Assembly: GCA_964430885.1 (NCBI GenBank)
Contig: CAYSHM010000030.1
Coordinates: forward strand, 1-29,438
Source: an uncultured archaeon
GTDB taxonomy: Archaea > Thermoplasmatota > Penumbrarchaeia > JASLWR01
Length of the DNA: 29,438 nucleotides
Direction: 5' to 3'
A program made the translations under genes and the position numbers. Under the pieces are notes generated by a model. The model saw nothing but the letters and a program-made list of their open reading frames with translations, was not told where the DNA came from and made no database searches. Position 1 is the first letter of the stretch; each line of letters opens with the position of its first letter. Shown here in pieces: positions 27,260 to 29,438 of the stretch.

Positions 27260-27625
27260 ATGTTTCAGCAAGAACAGGGTTTAGAATTGGATTGTGTCTA
27301 CTGTAATGAGATATACCAGAAGCTCAAGGGTAATTGTCCGGTTTGTCAAAACTCAGGCCCCCGTTTTACTCCGGCTCAGATGATGGATACCGAATCCTCC
27401 CAGAGAATGCTTCTGGATGAACTGTCAAGGCTGGGTGAATTTGAGACTGTTCACCGGGATGATGATGATCGGGAAAAGGCCCTTGAGTACAGGAGATGGC
27501 TTTCAGGTATGATTAGACAACTGTGCATATATAATGTTGATCTAAAGGAAGCCTTGAAGAACCGGATACTTGATCTGGACTGGCACTACAAGATAGATCC
27601 TGAAGAGGGAGAATATCCGAAATAG
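27260..27625 (+). CDS. Hypothetical protein with N-terminal CxxC-x10-CxxC zinc ribbon
   Basis: CVYCNEIYQKLKGNCPVC followed by a helical domain. Confidence 0.75.
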   Translation: MFQQEQGLELDCVYCNEIYQKLKGNCPVCQNSGPRFTPAQMMDTESSQRMLLDELSRLGEFETVHRDDDDREKALEYRRWLSGMIRQLCIYNVDLKEALKNRILDLDWHYKIDPEEGEYPK

Positions 27626-27676
27626 AAATTCAATGGATCATTATTCGATCTATTTCTGAATGGGAAGTGTACATGA

Positions 27677-28201
27677 ATGAGCAGAGGCCGCCATTCTCAT
27701 AGGAAAAAACATCTCGATCAGCCTGAACTTACTGGTGAGCATAAATGGGGCGATCTTGGACAGATCATTTACCTTCTCCTATTCCTGGCTGTATGGGCCG
27801 CCGATTCCTTCTTTTTTAAGAAAACCATCTTTCTATCCGAGTATGTTCCCTTATTCGTCCGTATACCGCTTTGGATCATGATTTTCATCATTTCAGGCCT
27901 AATCGCTAAGAGTGGTCTGAAGACAGTATTCGGTGAGAAGAGGGATAAACCAGGAGTAATAAGAGAAGGCGTCTTTTCTCTTGTGAGGCACCCTATCTAT
28001 TTTTCGGCAATACTATTCTATCTGGCCTTATTGATGCTGACCATTTCCCTTGCGGCTACGGGCCTATGGCTGGTTATAATCATATTCTACCATCTGATAG
28101 CCCTATATGAGGAAAAACTACTTGTCGAGGAATTCGGGGACGATTACCGCCGTTACATGCGCGAGGTTCCTATGTGGATACCCTTTCTAAAATTCAGATG
28201 A
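27677..28201 (+). CDS. Isoprenylcysteine carboxyl methyltransferase (ICMT/PEMT) family membrane protein
   Basis: IREGVFSLVRHPIY and YEEKLLVEEFGDDYRRYMREVPMWIP motifs; TM helices. Confidence 0.9.
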   Translation: MSRGRHSHRKKHLDQPELTGEHKWGDLGQIIYLLLFLAVWAADSFFFKKTIFLSEYVPLFVRIPLWIMIFIISGLIAKSGLKTVFGEKRDKPGVIREGVFSLVRHPIYFSAILFYLALLMLTISLAATGLWLVIIIFYHLIALYEEKLLVEEFGDDYRRYMREVPMWIPFLKFR

Positions 28202-28290
28202 AAGGGGAAGAATTGAGATGATGTCATCCAATTTCGAATTGTCCGGATGGCAAATCCGTGAAAGAGTTTAATAAGATTCATACGGAATTA

Positions 28291-29436
28291 TCACCATCCA
28301 TCTTTTTTTATCCAATCGTCTTCAATATTGTTTTCCTTTGCTCTTTCCTCCTGAAGATCCGCTCCAATAGTGCTCGCATTTGATTCATCGGTCCTTTGTT
28401 CTTTTTCCTCGGTTCCATTTTTACTTTTAAATTTGATCACAATAACAAGTGTTACAACACCGGTAATTATTAGAACAATAATGATCATAACAATAACGAC
28501 TACTGGCATTACTCCCTTACTATCATCACTATCCTTCTCAACTTCTTTGACCAATATTGTTATGCTATCCACATCTTCTCTCCCTAATTCATCAGTAACT
28601 GTGAGAGTAACTTTGAATGTTCCATGTTTAGAGTAGGAATAATTTACAATTTTTCCAGTAGCGTTATTTCCATCGCCAAAGTCCCAATGGAAAAGAGTGA
28701 TTATTCCCAAAGAGGTAGAACCAGATCCATCTAAATGGATTATATCTCCGACCTCGATTCTCAGATTTGTCCCCGCTTTCGCTGTAGGTCCTATTCTTTC
28801 CAAGACGGTAAAATCATGAGTGAAATTTCCAAATTCCTTTAGTGATATTTGAATGGTATTTTTCCCAGGATTTGTTGAGTTGAAAGTGAACTTAAGTAAG
28901 GTATTACCTCCGATATCCAAAAGGATAATATCTCTGGAATATTTTTCTTCACCATAGGCAATAGTAATTTCAATATCTTCAGCAACTTTTTCACCCACAT
29001 TCCTCACAGTGACTTGAACTGTGAAGACCCCCGTTTCTATTGGTTTAATCGGATTTGTTTCAATAGAAGCATATAATACTGGTAGTAATTCAATGACCTT
29101 AATATTGATCACTTCTTTTGAAATGCCGTAAAATCCATCGCTGACGGTTAGTGTTATTGTGTGTTCACCCATAGATAAATTTCCATAAAGGATCATTCCT
29201 GTCCCAAGATCGCCATCAATACTGCTATGCCAATGAAAAGTTAAGTTATCGTTATCCGAGTCATAACTGGATGAGGAGTTAAAAACGATTTCATCATCAG
29301 TAGTGAATTGCCCCAAATCTGCAGGTGTGTCAATAATAGCAGCAGGTTCGCGGTTTAAAACAGATGGGCTTAAATAAACCTCTTCATCCAATAGGGGTGC
29401 ACGGATAGAGAATTCACCATCACTGAAGAGAAAATA
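28291..29436 (-). CDS. PKD/CARDB surface protein with C-terminal TM, 5'-truncated by the window edge
   Basis: The frame stays open upstream of the listed TTG 29391 (..YFLFSDGEFSIRAPL) to the window end. PKD (FHWDFGDG...Y...G.F.VTLTVTD), CARDB-like domain, TM + KFKSK. Confidence 0.88.
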   Translation of the reverse strand, partial: YFLFSDGEFSIRAPLLDEEVYLSPSVLNREPAAIIDTPADLGQFTTDDEIVFNSSSSYDSDNDNLTFHWHSSIDGDLGTGMILYGNLSMGEHTITLTVSDGFYGISKEVINIKVIELLPVLYASIETNPIKPIETGVFTVQVTVRNVGEKVAEDIEITIAYGEEKYSRDIILLDIGGNTLLKFTFNSTNPGKNTIQISLKEFGNFTHDFTVLERIGPTAKAGTNLRIEVGDIIHLDGSGSTSLGIITLFHWDFGDGNNATGKIVNYSYSKHGTFKVTLTVTDELGREDVDSITILVKEVEKDSDDSKGVMPVVVIVMIIIVLIITGVVTLVIVIKFKSKNGTEEKEQRTDESNASTIGADLQEERAKENNIEDDWIKKDGW

Positions 29437-29438
29437 AT

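Noticed and set aside
29389-29391. TTG start listed for the last ORF
   Set aside because: The frame is open to the window edge and no signal peptide is present, so the gene starts outside the window.

Overview
Gene-dense archaeal window. TBP, isopentenyl phosphate kinase plus type-2 IPP isomerase, Taw2, a CDC48/VAT ATPase, GGAGGTG-type RBSs and many PKD/CARDB surface and zinc-ribbon proteins suggest a Thermoplasmatota-like genome (inference). About 25 CDSs were found, including an unlisted 50-aa Cys-rich ORF. I saw no tRNA, rRNA, CRISPR array or transposase. Most notable: (1) helically phased (10-12 bp) ACCCAAATC-like repeats next to putative TATA boxes of two genes 5.5 kb apart, with variant repeats in the leader of a nearby wHTH regulator that is followed by duplicated membrane proteins, suggesting a membrane-coupled regulon; (2) an AT-rich gene with 7 tandem Zn-finger modules fused to a nuclease; (3) a membrane-anchored 6xPKD caspase-like protease; (4) a CDC48 with a fused extra C-terminal domain; (5) a TBP paralog with a degenerate second repeat; (6) a helicase-less RQC-HRDC protein next to a MazG gene. 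All calls come from motif recognition by eye; no searches were run.
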